Origin: a virus
Taxonomy: Duplodnaviria > Heunggongvirae > Uroviricota > Caudoviricetes
Length of the DNA stretch: 64,000 nt
IMG/VR virus record: IMGVR_UViG_3300020714_000006
Strand: one strand, 5' to 3'
This document shows, piece by piece, positions 39,538 through 50,035 of this stretch. The position numbers and the translations under genes are program-made. Each line of letters opens with the position of its first letter. Position 1 is the first letter of the stretch. The notes beneath the pieces were generated by a model. It was not told the origin of the DNA, did no database searches, and saw only the letters and a list, made by a program, of their open reading frames with translations.

Positions 39538-40986
39538 TTATCCTGTTACTTTATTAAAAGTATCTGTTATAGTAGTATATTGTCCAAATAATTTTGGAAC
39601 AGGTGGTGGTGGATCATTTGGTTGTGGAATATACGCACCAGTTTTATCTGGTGTGAACAAACTTGGATCAAGATTTTCATGATTATTCCAAGGTTCAACT
39701 TGCGGTACCCGTCTTGGTATAGGAGCATCACCAGCAACGGCAGCAGCTGGTCCATTCATATATATTTTAGCAGCAGTTTCGACATGATTACCACCTGCAC
39801 TTATATTACTATTACCACCAACTGTTATCAAACCATTTCCACCAGCTTTGATAGAATGGTTAAATCCTACTGAACAATTAAAATTTCCAGCAGCATTTAA
39901 ATTAATATTACGTCCAGCCTTAAAATTTATATCTCTATCAGCAGTAACATTTAAGTCATTTTTTGTATGGATACTAATACTGTCATCAGCATATATGTCG
40001 ATTTTTCCATTACTGGTGAGTTCTATCCAAGTAGTTCCTTTTGCATTTCCAATATAAATTAGATCTTCAGAATTATGTAATAAAATCTGATGACCAGTTC
40101 TAGTTCTAATTCGTACTAACTCATTATGCGGTATAGTTACGTTGCCAGATGTATCACCTTGCTCTACTGCTGCATATTCCGGTGCTCCACTACTTGCTGG
40201 TGTTTTTCTTAGAAACTTATCATCACCATCATCCATTACAAACGAAGTACCACCAAGATGACTTACTGGAGCATTGTTTATAGCACTATCATATCTACCA
40301 ATTCGACCAGTTTGTGCATTTGGTTGTTTATCAAATGGCCCAGGGGTGCTTATTCCAAATACCATACTAGGTGTTTCTCGTCTAGCACTACTAGTTGTAA
40401 TACCACGTATATCATCTATAAGCAATCCTTGATTCTTTAAAACCGAGGTAAATGGATGTATTGGTTTAATAAACTTTGTTGGATCTGTTCCATTTTGTGT
40501 TTTATTCTTATTATATTCTGCTACTGGCACTCTGCCTGGCCTACCAGCACTATCTGGAGTAGCTGTTCCATCAACATTTTGTGTTGCAGCATTTCCAGGA
40601 GTCATGAAATTCATTTTTCCATCAATAACTCCACCAATCCAATAGCCTTTTGAAATATCTCCATCAACAAAAATTACAATAACTACTGACCCAACATCAG
40701 GAGGGGTCATCCACATCCCATAACTTTTCTGTGTATTATCATACGTATCGGTATCATTATAAACGTAATTTATATCAGTTGTTCCCCAAAACGGGCTTAA
40801 ATATGAAACTGGGATTATTTGTCCACCAGTAGTGTTATTTCCTGCACCAGGTCTTAGTAATTGAACTTGTAATCGTCCCATATAGTCAATATCAATGTTA
40901 CTAACCACCACCGCACGACATGGTAATATACTTTGTATTTCAGGTGGAATTGATCGCTGCGTACCACTATTAATATCTTCTGCCAT
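39538..40986 (-). CDS. gp5: baseplate central spike gp5/VgrG-like (no lysozyme domain seen)
   Basis: OB-fold DYMGRLQV...PPDVGSVVIVIF; RTRTGH; beta-helix repeats; KIYMNG. Confidence 0.75.
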   Translation of the reverse strand: MAEDINSGTQRSIPPEIQSILPCRAVVVSNIDIDYMGRLQVQLLRPGAGNNTTGGQIIPVSYLSPFWGTTDINYVYNDTDTYDNTQKSYGMWMTPPDVGSVVIVIFVDGDISKGYWIGGVIDGKMNFMTPGNAATQNVDGTATPDSAGRPGRVPVAEYNKNKTQNGTDPTKFIKPIHPFTSVLKNQGLLIDDIRGITTSSARRETPSMVFGISTPGPFDKQPNAQTGRIGRYDSAINNAPVSHLGGTSFVMDDGDDKFLRKTPASSGAPEYAAVEQGDTSGNVTIPHNELVRIRTRTGHQILLHNSEDLIYIGNAKGTTWIELTSNGKIDIYADDSISIHTKNDLNVTADRDINFKAGRNINLNAAGNFNCSVGFNHSIKAGGNGLITVGGNSNISAGGNHVETAAKIYMNGPAAAVAGDAPIPRRVPQVEPWNNHENLDPSLFTPDKTGAYIPQPNDPPPPVPKLFGQYTTITDTFNKVTG

Positions 40987-40988
40987 TC

Positions 40989-43373
40989 TTATAATCCTGT
41001 GTTAGTTGGTGTATTTAATTTTGGAGTAACTGCCGATGAAAATGTATTAGTTGCTCCTTGGGTTAGTGTTACCCCAGCCAATCCATATCCTTGATTAGAA
41101 GTTGATGTATTAAATTTTGGACTGATTGCTGATGAAAAACTATTTGTTATCCCTGGTGTTTGTATACCAGGTGGCAAATCAGGAGATAATCCAGTATTAA
41201 CTAATGAATATTTGTCTGATGTCAACGTCGATGATGCTTTAAATGGTGCTGTATTATCTTGTCCTTGCATTCTATTAGCAACAATTTCTTGCGTAAATTT
41301 TCCAGATTTAAATCTATGTTGTACTCGTAATAATTGAAACAATCCACTAAATTGATGACATAAAGTTGAATTTTTAAGATTGTATAATCCAGTTGTTTGG
41401 TTAATATCAGTAGGAGTTCTAAAATTAATATTAATGTGAACTTCTCCATTTTGATAATTTGCACTTCCGTCTTTTGTTATATTTTTTTTATCCAATTGGG
41501 TATCTGTAAAATTACCTAAACCACTAGTTGATATATAATATGGATCACCTATTATTTCAAATGTGACCTGTTGCATATCCAAATTTTTTATCATAGCATC
41601 ATGAAATAATTTTGCAGCCCTTGAACCTACAGTATCGCCACTTGTTCCACCTTTATTATCCAAAGATAATACAGTATTAACATATTTTGTAGAAGCAACT
41701 GCTGATCCAAGTTTTACATTTGAATCTCCTTCTGGAGCATTTAATGAAGAATTATTCTTCTGTATTTCAACAAGATCACCGGTTTTCTTTGCAGATTCTA
41801 CATCACCAGTCAATTGTGACAAATCCGCCATTTGAAGATTAAAAAATGATTGAGACATTTCAAAGTCAAACTTTATTAAATCTACATTTTTACCACTATA
41901 CATATAGCTATACTCTTTTACTACCTGTTTTTTTAATTCAGCTAATCCAGGTGCAGTTGCGTTTGGTGCCAAGATATTACTGGCATGTGCTTCATATGGT
42001 ATAATTCTGTAAACTATTAATTTTGGCACTGCACCAGTTTTTGATATGTTTGAATTAGACGAAATATGATATACTTGTGTATCAACTTTCCATTGTGTTC
42101 TCATACCATCTGGTGATAAGTTGTTAGATGCCATCGTATCAATTGCAAATTCACTTTTCATTATTACTTGATTTATTGCATTTATAATATCAGAACCTTG
42201 TGCAAAATTAAAAGAACATTCAGGTTGTGTTTTATTGGTTTTTGATCTATCAACTACTTTTGCTTTTTCATTCCATAGCAAATCATCTGGTTTAAATGGT
42301 GTTGTGCCAGATATGGTTGAACTTATATCTATCTTAGATTTCCCTATAAAATTACAAGTATTGCTTAATTGAATTAAAGAAGAACTTGTTGAACTTCTTG
42401 ATACACCTAATGATTTGAAAATTGTTTCGTCCTGTGCTTTAGTAGTATCGGCAGTAGCTGTTGTATTATTTTCTGTTCCACCAGGGGCAGTAACAGAAGA
42501 AGTTGCACCAGTTGTAGAAATATCAACCGGAAATAAAATAAGTATTTCATCAGCAACTTTTACCGTGCCCAATGTTACAGCTTCTTTATACCTAGCATTT
42601 ACTACTTGCTGTAAACTGTTTTCACCACTTTGTAATAATTCTTGGACAGTTTTACCAACTAAGCTGACCTCATTTTTTAATTTTGTGTAACTATCATTCA
42701 ATGCTTGCCCAGCCGATGAAGTAGCAGCCATATGCCAATAGCTTCCTTTTTCGTCCACCTTTAAATTACTTTTTGTAAATATTATAGGAATATACTTCTT
42801 TGTATTTGGAATGGATAGCATTTGTCCATTTTCAGTATTTCCTTTAAATTCAATGACTAATAAAAATACAGCTTCATACCATACTGCATAATTTTGTTTT
42901 GCAGCTGCTAATTGCAGAACTTGTATAAACATTCCCATACTATACGGTTCTATTACATTAAATTCTAATGTTGTAGGAGTAGTATTACCAGAATCCGGGG
43001 TGAACCCTGCAGATCCGTCAATTGTTAATCCATCTATATAAAAATCATATTTCCCGCCATCTACTAATTGTATTCTATTAGTAGGATCGGCATTTGCTGA
43101 TTTACATATTAATGGTGGTAATTTTCCGATTAAATAAGATTTGGCAGGAAAATTGTAACTATCTGCATCAAGACAATATAACGATATTACATAATTATAT
43201 GTTGCATAATTATGTAATGGATTTGGTAATGGCAACTTTAACTCTGATGATGTGACACCAGAACTTACAGAACCAAATAAATCATTTTTTATAAATCCAG
43301 TTATAGCAGCTACTGGGTTTAAATCCATTATAGACGTTGTGCTAGAAGTTGAACTAGTAGTTGCTCCGGCCAT
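40989..43373 (-). CDS. baseplate hub-like protein (gp27-type)
   Basis: Next to the spike gene; FEIIGDP, FSGLFQLLRVQHRFKSGKFTQ. Confidence 0.6.
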   Translation of the reverse strand: MAGATTSSTSSTTSIMDLNPVAAITGFIKNDLFGSVSSGVTSSELKLPLPNPLHNYATYNYVISLYCLDADSYNFPAKSYLIGKLPPLICKSANADPTNRIQLVDGGKYDFYIDGLTIDGSAGFTPDSGNTTPTTLEFNVIEPYSMGMFIQVLQLAAAKQNYAVWYEAVFLLVIEFKGNTENGQMLSIPNTKKYIPIIFTKSNLKVDEKGSYWHMAATSSAGQALNDSYTKLKNEVSLVGKTVQELLQSGENSLQQVVNARYKEAVTLGTVKVADEILILFPVDISTTGATSSVTAPGGTENNTTATADTTKAQDETIFKSLGVSRSSTSSSLIQLSNTCNFIGKSKIDISSTISGTTPFKPDDLLWNEKAKVVDRSKTNKTQPECSFNFAQGSDIINAINQVIMKSEFAIDTMASNNLSPDGMRTQWKVDTQVYHISSNSNISKTGAVPKLIVYRIIPYEAHASNILAPNATAPGLAELKKQVVKEYSYMYSGKNVDLIKFDFEMSQSFFNLQMADLSQLTGDVESAKKTGDLVEIQKNNSSLNAPEGDSNVKLGSAVASTKYVNTVLSLDNKGGTSGDTVGSRAAKLFHDAMIKNLDMQQVTFEIIGDPYYISTSGLGNFTDTQLDKKNITKDGSANYQNGEVHININFRTPTDINQTTGLYNLKNSTLCHQFSGLFQLLRVQHRFKSGKFTQEIVANRMQGQDNTAPFKASSTLTSDKYSLVNTGLSPDLPPGIQTPGITNSFSSAISPKFNTSTSNQGYGLAGVTLTQGATNTFSSAVTPKLNTPTNTGL

Positions 43374-43374
43374 A

Positions 43375-43677
43375 TTATAATCCCAATACTGTTGTTAAAC
43401 TGCTGTTTTTTGGCAAATAAATTTGTTTACCTGGAACAAAATCAAATATTGGATCTTGTAATACATCTAAATTTCTTTGAATAAAGACCCACCATAGATT
43501 GGATGTACCATATAAATCATATGCCAGTAAATCAGGTCTATAAGTGTATTGTGGTTCTATTGTATATAAAAAATCATCAATTGCTGAACTAACTGGTCTG
43601 ATTGTTAATATATCTAAGTAATTTTGTGTTACATTGGTTGTATACCAAGGACTGGTATTTGAATATTGTGCCGCCAT
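43375..43677 (-). CDS. gp53: baseplate wedge protein gp53-like (LysM-like)
   Basis: RPDLLAYDLYGTSNLWWVF. Confidence 0.8.
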   Translation of the reverse strand: MAAQYSNTSPWYTTNVTQNYLDILTIRPVSSAIDDFLYTIEPQYTYRPDLLAYDLYGTSNLWWVFIQRNLDVLQDPIFDFVPGKQIYLPKNSSLTTVLGL

Positions 43678-44675
43678 TATATGTATCCTACTGAATTATT
43701 CATGTATCCACCAGTAACAAAACGATCAAGGCTAAATTTCTTAACATTATCTCTACTATATACTGGTTGTAATTCTATGTTAAATGAGCTTTTTGTTGGA
43801 ACATGAGCAGTACCACTTACTGTTCCACCAACTCCAAATGTGCCCAATGCACCTGCAACTTGTCCTATTCCATTAACTAATGTACTAGCCTTAGTAAATC
43901 CAGATAATCCTCCAAATACACCACCAATTGTGTCTGCTAATCCACCAACTTGGTCTGATATAGATGCAATTTCACTAGCCATACTACCAACTACGTTACA
44001 CCCAATATAATCACTAGCAGCATCTAACTCCACTGACATACTGGTAATAACAACTGGCACATTTTTAAATACATAATTACCATATCCATTAAGATATACA
44101 ATAGGAGGAGGATTACCAGCTTTGGCATCACTTCCAGTAAACATTTTTGTCATTGAACGCAAATAATGCACCATTGCAATCCAATACAATGCCTGTGTTG
44201 CATCTTCAACATACATTGGAGCAGTAACATGAATATTACCAGGTTCACTATTTTGATAAGCATGGTAAGAGTAGTTTGTATGCGTTGTATCAATAGCTGA
44301 ATATTTGGCATTACTTTTCATAATTATTGAAGGTGTATACGGAAATATTAAACCACCCGCTTGAACTAATGGTGTTAATACAGGACTAGTTTTAAAACTA
44401 GACCAATTAGGAATACTTAATCGTACTCTCCAATCATTCGCTGCAGCATCCCCACCAAATGAAGACACGGCACTCAATATGTCTCCAACAGCTTCCGCGC
44501 CAGCTGGTATACTACCACTTCTTAATAAACTACCAACATCACCAGAACTAAATGCCGACGATAATGCTGATTTCAAATTAGTAGCAGTATTAACAACATT
44601 TGGTATGGTTGTAAATGCATTTTGTGCAGCACTAATATTTGATGATAAATTTTGTCCTAAATCAAATGAACTCAT
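43677..44675 (-). CDS. tail tube initiator / baseplate-tube junction-like protein
   Basis: FPYTP, PPPIVYLNGYG..FKNVPVVI; TATAAATA at 44697-44704 (-). Confidence 0.55.
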   Translation of the reverse strand: MSSFDLGQNLSSNISAAQNAFTTIPNVVNTATNLKSALSSAFSSGDVGSLLRSGSIPAGAEAVGDILSAVSSFGGDAAANDWRVRLSIPNWSSFKTSPVLTPLVQAGGLIFPYTPSIIMKSNAKYSAIDTTHTNYSYHAYQNSEPGNIHVTAPMYVEDATQALYWIAMVHYLRSMTKMFTGSDAKAGNPPPIVYLNGYGNYVFKNVPVVITSMSVELDAASDYIGCNVVGSMASEIASISDQVGGLADTIGGVFGGLSGFTKASTLVNGIGQVAGALGTFGVGGTVSGTAHVPTKSSFNIELQPVYSRDNVKKFSLDRFVTGGYMNNSVGYI

Positions 44676-44748
44676 TGGTTTTCCTTTATGATATTGTATT
44701 TATAGTAAATAATTAAGTCTATATATTATAAATTTTTTAAATATATAC

Positions 44749-44777
44749 TTGACATACTACTAATATTATGATATAAT
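44749..44777 (+). promoter_or_regulatory. sigma70-type promoter for the late sigma gene
   Basis: TTGACA-17 bp-TATAAT. Confidence 0.85.
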
Positions 44778-44800
44778 TAGTGAAATATAAGGATATATTA

Positions 44801-45634
44801 ATGAAAGTAACCCCTCCGAAAAATTATCTAAACAATAAGGATCTATTATTAGAAATTCATAAATCAAAATCATCATACTGCGTGTTTATTGATCCAAGTT
44901 ATCATCAATATGACATAATTTTACCTTCATTGGATAAGATAAACATTCGAACAATAGCAGAAGCTAAACGAAATAAAGCAAAAAGATTAACCGATATAGA
45001 ATTCAATGCAAGAAAAGCATCTGGTGAAAAAGTAAAAGTAGCAGAATGCGAAATAAACTATAAAAAAATTGCAAAAACTGATTTAATATTCAGAGTGATG
45101 TCATATGACCATATACCACTGAATAATATTCGTAAGAAAAATCCAAAATCAGATGCTGATAAACGGGATAAAGTAAACTTTAAACCATTTCAACATTGGA
45201 AGTTTGATGATCAAGATAATTTGATTTGTGTGGGGAAAAGTCATTGGAAAGGTGATTTAGAAACCGGAGTCTTTGATAAAAATGCAGGAAAAATGACAGA
45301 CAGATTAGCTAGAATGATGCTAATGATGTGTGATAGATATGCCACTAGAGGAAATGTTAGGGGATATTCGTATAATGATGAAATGAAAGGACAAGCAATA
45401 CTACAACTTGTTAGTATAGGATTACAATTTGATGAATCAAAATCCGATAATCCATTTGCTTATCTTACATCATGTGTAATTAATAGTTTTGTTAGAATTA
45501 TTAATATAGAAAAACGTCATCGTGATATTAGAGATGACATATTAGAAATTAATGGGTTAAACCCATCTTTTACAAGAACCAACTCCGGTGACTATGAATC
45601 CGGTGAACGTAGACATAACGAAGATTACGATTAA
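44801..45634 (+). CDS. gp55: late-transcription sigma factor, T4 gp55-like
   Basis: NYLNNKDLL, YSYNDEM, FDESKSDNPFAYLT; adjacent to gp47/gp46; start moved to ATG 44801 (downstream of the promoter). Confidence 0.85.
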   Translation: MKVTPPKNYLNNKDLLLEIHKSKSSYCVFIDPSYHQYDIILPSLDKINIRTIAEAKRNKAKRLTDIEFNARKASGEKVKVAECEINYKKIAKTDLIFRVMSYDHIPLNNIRKKNPKSDADKRDKVNFKPFQHWKFDDQDNLICVGKSHWKGDLETGVFDKNAGKMTDRLARMMLMMCDRYATRGNVRGYSYNDEMKGQAILQLVSIGLQFDESKSDNPFAYLTSCVINSFVRIINIEKRHRDIRDDILEINGLNPSFTRTNSGDYESGERRHNEDYD

Positions 45635-45644
45635 AAGGAAATAC

Positions 45645-46658
45645 ATGAGTAATTTATTTAAAAAAGTGGCAGTTTTTACAGATCTTCATTTTGGCTTGAA
45701 AAGCAATAGCAATATTCATAATCAAGATTGTGATGATTTTATAGATTGGTTTATTGCTAAAGCAAAAGAAGAAGGATGTGATGTCGGAATATTTATGGGT
45801 GATTGGCACCATAACAGAAATAGTCTCAATATTACTACTATGGACTACAGTTTGAGAGCATTGGAAAAGTTAGGTGCAGCATTTGATGCATTTTACTTCT
45901 TCCCAGGTAATCATGATTTGTATTATAAAGATAAACGGGATATTCATTCTGTTGAATTTGGAAAATACATTCCTGGTATTAACGTAGTTACAGAACCTAC
46001 TACCATTGGCGGTGTTACATTGTGTCCTTGGTTGGTTGGCGATGAATGGAAATCAATAGGAAATAAAGATGCAAAATATATTTTTGGGCATTTTGAACTC
46101 CCATCATTTTTTATGAATGCAATGGTACAAATGCCAGATCATGGTGAACTACAACTAGACAGTTTTAATTCTTATGAATTAGGGTTTAGTGGTCATTTTC
46201 ATAAACGCCAATCAAGAGGAAATATGCATTATATTGGTAATGCATTTCCTCATAATTATTCCGATGCTTGGGATGATGAACGTGGAATGATGGTATTAGA
46301 ATGGGGTGGACAACCAGAATATTTTACATGGGATGCACAACCAACGTTTAGAACAGTTAAACTTAGTCAACTGCTAAACAATGCTGACACCATATTAAAA
46401 CCAAAACAACATTTACGAGTATCACTAGATATTGATATTTCATTTGAAGAAGCAACTTTTATTAAAGAAAAATATATTAAAGAGTACAATATCAGAGAAA
46501 TTACACTCATACCAGAAAAGAAATCTATTGAAATTAATACCCAATTAGATGTTCAAACATTCGAATCTATTGACCAAATAGTTTCTAATCAAATAATTGG
46601 GATAGATTCAGAAAAATATAACAAAAACATTTTATTATCAATTTATAACGAATTATGA
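45645..46658 (+). CDS. gp47: recombination nuclease gp47 (Mre11/SbcD-like)
   Basis: DLHFG, GDWHH, GNHD, GHFE, SGHFH. Confidence 0.9.
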   Translation: MSNLFKKVAVFTDLHFGLKSNSNIHNQDCDDFIDWFIAKAKEEGCDVGIFMGDWHHNRNSLNITTMDYSLRALEKLGAAFDAFYFFPGNHDLYYKDKRDIHSVEFGKYIPGINVVTEPTTIGGVTLCPWLVGDEWKSIGNKDAKYIFGHFELPSFFMNAMVQMPDHGELQLDSFNSYELGFSGHFHKRQSRGNMHYIGNAFPHNYSDAWDDERGMMVLEWGGQPEYFTWDAQPTFRTVKLSQLLNNADTILKPKQHLRVSLDIDISFEEATFIKEKYIKEYNIREITLIPEKKSIEINTQLDVQTFESIDQIVSNQIIGIDSEKYNKNILLSIYNEL

Positions 46659-48433
46659 GCATAGAAGTCAAACAATTAACAGTAAAAAATTTCATGAGTG
46701 TTGGCAACCAAACACAGGCTGTAACATTTAATCAAGAAAATTTAACATTAGTATTAGGTGAAAATCTAGATCAAGGTGGTGATGATTCCGGTTCAAGAAA
46801 TGGCACTGGAAAAACAACTATCGTCAATGCATTGAGTTTTGCATTATATGGAATAGCACTAACTAATATTAAAAAAGATAATCTTATAAACAAGATTAAC
46901 AATAAAAATATGTTAGTTACACTAACATTTTCAAAAGATGGAGTTGATTATAAAATTGAAAGAGGTAGAAAACCTGCTATTTTTAATTTTATAAATCTTG
47001 CAGATCCATCCAAAGTTGAAGAAAGTGATAGCCAAGGTGAATCAAAAGATACTCAAAAAGATATTGAAACATTATTTGGTATGAGTCATAATATGTTCAA
47101 ACATATAGTAGCATTGAATACTTATACTGACCCATTCTTATCAATGAGGGCGGGTGATCAGCGTGAAATAATTGAGCAATTACTTGGTATCACTTTGCTA
47201 AGTGAAAAAGCAGAAATTCTTAGTAAAGAAATTAAGCAAACAAAAGAGTTGATTTTTCAAGAAAATGCAAATATTGAAGCAATGAAAAAATCCAATGAAA
47301 AAATTAAACAAAGTATTGATTCATTAACAATGAGTCAACGTTCTTGGAATTTGAAACATAATAATGAACTTCAAAAACTTGGTGAATCTATTGTAAATTT
47401 GGAAGGATTAGATTTGACTGCAGAATTATTAGCGCATAATGAATTAAAATCATACTATGAACTTTCTACAAAAATTAGCAGTTTAAATAAAGAAAAAGCA
47501 ACCTTAGAAGCAGCAATTGAACAAGCAAATAAAAATCATGATAATTATATTAATCATGTAGCAGTTGTAGAATCAAAAATATGCCCAGCATGTGCTCAAG
47601 AACTACAAGATCATACACATGAAGATATGTTAGAATCTAGTAAAAATACAGTTGAAGAATCACAACAATATCTTGATAAAGTTTCAAATGAATATGAAAG
47701 TGTTATTAGTCAATTATGGAAGTTAGGTGATTTACCTGAAAAACCATCAACGTACTATCCAACATTAGAAGAAGCATTAACACATCGTAATACATTGATT
47801 ACTTTACATGCACAATTAACTAGTAAATCTAATGAAATAAATCCATATGATGACCAAATTATTGAATTAAAAAGTGAAGCATTACAACCAATAAATTGGA
47901 GTATAATAAATGACTATACTTCATTAAAAGATCATCAAGAATTTTTGTTAAAATTATTAACAAATAAAGATAGTTTTATACGTAAAAAAATAATTGACCA
48001 AAACCTAGCATACTTAAATAATAGACTAACTTATTATATTGATAAAATGGGTTTACCACATACAGTTATATTTCAAAATGATTTAACTGTAGAAATTATG
48101 CAACTAGGACAAGAATTGGATTTTTTTAATCTCAGTCGCGGTGAGATGACTAGAGTTATTCTCAGTTTAAGTTTTGCATTTCGTGATGTATGGGAAAGTT
48201 TATATCAAGGTATAAATGTATTATTTATTGATGAATTAGTTGACAACGGCTTAGATGCAAGTGGTGTTGAGAATGCGTTAAGTATTATGAAAAATATTGC
48301 ACGAGAACGTAATAAAAATATCTTTTTAATTAGTCATAAAGACGAATTAGCGGGAAGAGTTAATAATATACTTAAAGTAGTTAAAGAAAATGGTTTTACT
48401 CAATATGAATATCCAGAATATAATGAAAATTGA
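46655..48433 (+). CDS. gp46: recombination ATPase gp46 (Rad50/SbcC-like)
   Basis: NGTGKTT, CPAC hook, LSRGE, LFIDE, ISH. Confidence 0.92.
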   Translation: MSIEVKQLTVKNFMSVGNQTQAVTFNQENLTLVLGENLDQGGDDSGSRNGTGKTTIVNALSFALYGIALTNIKKDNLINKINNKNMLVTLTFSKDGVDYKIERGRKPAIFNFINLADPSKVEESDSQGESKDTQKDIETLFGMSHNMFKHIVALNTYTDPFLSMRAGDQREIIEQLLGITLLSEKAEILSKEIKQTKELIFQENANIEAMKKSNEKIKQSIDSLTMSQRSWNLKHNNELQKLGESIVNLEGLDLTAELLAHNELKSYYELSTKISSLNKEKATLEAAIEQANKNHDNYINHVAVVESKICPACAQELQDHTHEDMLESSKNTVEESQQYLDKVSNEYESVISQLWKLGDLPEKPSTYYPTLEEALTHRNTLITLHAQLTSKSNEINPYDDQIIELKSEALQPINWSIINDYTSLKDHQEFLLKLLTNKDSFIRKKIIDQNLAYLNNRLTYYIDKMGLPHTVIFQNDLTVEIMQLGQELDFFNLSRGEMTRVILSLSFAFRDVWESLYQGINVLFIDELVDNGLDASGVENALSIMKNIARERNKNIFLISHKDELAGRVNNILKVVKENGFTQYEYPEYNEN

Positions 48434-49136
48434 TACCTTACCATATTTGTATAAATGGACACAACTTTCTACTGGAATGTGGTACATTGGTTCTAAAACC
48501 CAAAAAGGATGGACTCCTCTGTTACATGAAAAATACATTTGTTCTAGTAAAATAGTAAAACCAATGATTGTAGAAAATAGACAAGATTGGGTGTATGATA
48601 TATTAGTAATTGGATCAGCAAAATATATTAGAGAATTAGAAACATCATATCTAGTTTACCTAGATGCAAAAAATAATGTGATGAGTTATAATAGAAGCAA
48701 TGCTAAATTTGATCCAGGTAATAAATTAGGTTATAAAGAATCCTTAGAAACTAGACAAAAGAAAAGTAATGCGAGAAAAGGTGATAAAAATCCAATGTTT
48801 GGAAAAACTGGATTACTATCACCACATTATGGAAAAACACATAACGCTGAAACAATCCAAAAGCAAAAAGAAGGTGTTAAAAAATATGCAAAATCTAGAC
48901 CACCAGAGCATAATAAACGAATTAGTGAGGCACTTACAGGAAACCCAAAAGTAGGATTAAAAAAAGAAAAAAATCCTTCATTTGGAAAACCGTGGGTTGC
49001 AGATAGAATAAATCTGTTACCACCAAAAACTTGTGAATATTGTAATAAATCAGTATCTATTGGAAATTTTGCTAGATGGCACGGTGAAAAATGTAAATTT
49101 AATAAAAAATTAGTTGACAAATCAGAAAAGTTATAG
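48423..49136 (+). CDS. Seg-like GIY-YIG homing endonuclease
   Basis: YLYKWT...WYIGS; NUMOD3 GDKNPMFGK; C-terminal CEYC...RWHGEKC. Confidence 0.75.
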   Translation: MKIDTLPYLYKWTQLSTGMWYIGSKTQKGWTPLLHEKYICSSKIVKPMIVENRQDWVYDILVIGSAKYIRELETSYLVYLDAKNNVMSYNRSNAKFDPGNKLGYKESLETRQKKSNARKGDKNPMFGKTGLLSPHYGKTHNAETIQKQKEGVKKYAKSRPPEHNKRISEALTGNPKVGLKKEKNPSFGKPWVADRINLLPPKTCEYCNKSVSIGNFARWHGEKCKFNKKLVDKSEKL

Positions 49137-49142
49137 TATAAT
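49114..49142 (+). promoter_or_regulatory. sigma70-type promoter overlapping the endonuclease 3' end
   Basis: TTGACA-17 bp-TATAAT. Confidence 0.7.
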
Positions 49143-49496
49143 ATGCCTAAGAAAGTAGAGCCAAAACAAGATTACGCACCAAGAATTTATAGTTGGCAGT
49201 TGGATCAAATTCCAACTGATAACGATATACATGATAAGCTAATTCATGCTTTTCAACAGTATTATAAAGCAAATTTACATTGGATTCAAGCAGGAACAAA
49301 ACGTTCCGGGCAAGATGCAAGGTATTGGTTAAGTGAAATCAATAAACTTACCATTGAACAAAGAAAATTTATTTTAGAATGGATCAAAACTATTAGTGAT
49401 AAAACTAATAAAGACAGAACATTTAAATCAACAACTAAAAAACAAAGAAAACTTTTACAGATTCAGGGTACGGTCGGTTCTCATAAAGATAACTAA
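49143..49496 (+). CDS. basic hypothetical protein
   Basis: 117-aa ORF; start uncertain because the ATG abuts the -10 box. Confidence 0.55.
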   Translation: MPKKVEPKQDYAPRIYSWQLDQIPTDNDIHDKLIHAFQQYYKANLHWIQAGTKRSGQDARYWLSEINKLTIEQRKFILEWIKTISDKTNKDRTFKSTTKKQRKLLQIQGTVGSHKDN

Positions 49497-49500
49497 CCAA

Positions 49501-50019
49501 ATGAGTAGCAAATCAAAAACTAAAGGCAACACTTGGGAGAGAGATGTAGCAAATCATCTCTCTTCACTTTACAAAGAAAAGTTCATTCGAGTTCCATCGT
49601 CGGGTGCATACGTGGGAGGTAAAAACTCAATACGTAAAGAATTTCTACAAGATGGTCAAATAAGAATGATGAAAGGGGATATTATCCCACCAGATAAATG
49701 GAAACATTTTAATTGTGAATGCAAATCATATGCAGATTTTCCATTTCATCAATTAGTCCAAGGTGAATGTAAACAATTAGAAACTTGGCTATCTCAATTG
49801 ATTGAAGTAACCGATACCGGTGATATAAACATTTTAATGTTTAAAATAACACGAAAAGGCAAATTCATAGCAGTACCACAGGCAACTTACTGGCACAACT
49901 TACCATACTTCTCTTACCATTCTATTAAGCATGGTACTTGGCAAATTTTTGACTACGATGCTTTCTTTGAGCATAATAATAAAAAATTCAAAACTTTGTC
50001 AATCAAAGGCACAATTTAG
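49501..50019 (+). CDS. Hjc-like PD-(D/E)XK nuclease, probable Holliday junction resolvase
   Basis: SKTKGNTWERDVA...RVPSSGA...GDII...CECK. Confidence 0.75.
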   Translation: MSSKSKTKGNTWERDVANHLSSLYKEKFIRVPSSGAYVGGKNSIRKEFLQDGQIRMMKGDIIPPDKWKHFNCECKSYADFPFHQLVQGECKQLETWLSQLIEVTDTGDINILMFKITRKGKFIAVPQATYWHNLPYFSYHSIKHGTWQIFDYDAFFEHNNKKFKTLSIKGTI

Positions 50020-50035
50020 GCAAATAGGCAAAACA

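Noticed and set aside
49114-49145. Leaderless translation of 49143 from the adjacent sigma70 promoter
   Set aside because: The ATG directly abuts TATAAT, so the transcript would start downstream of it; the promoter more likely serves genes further on.
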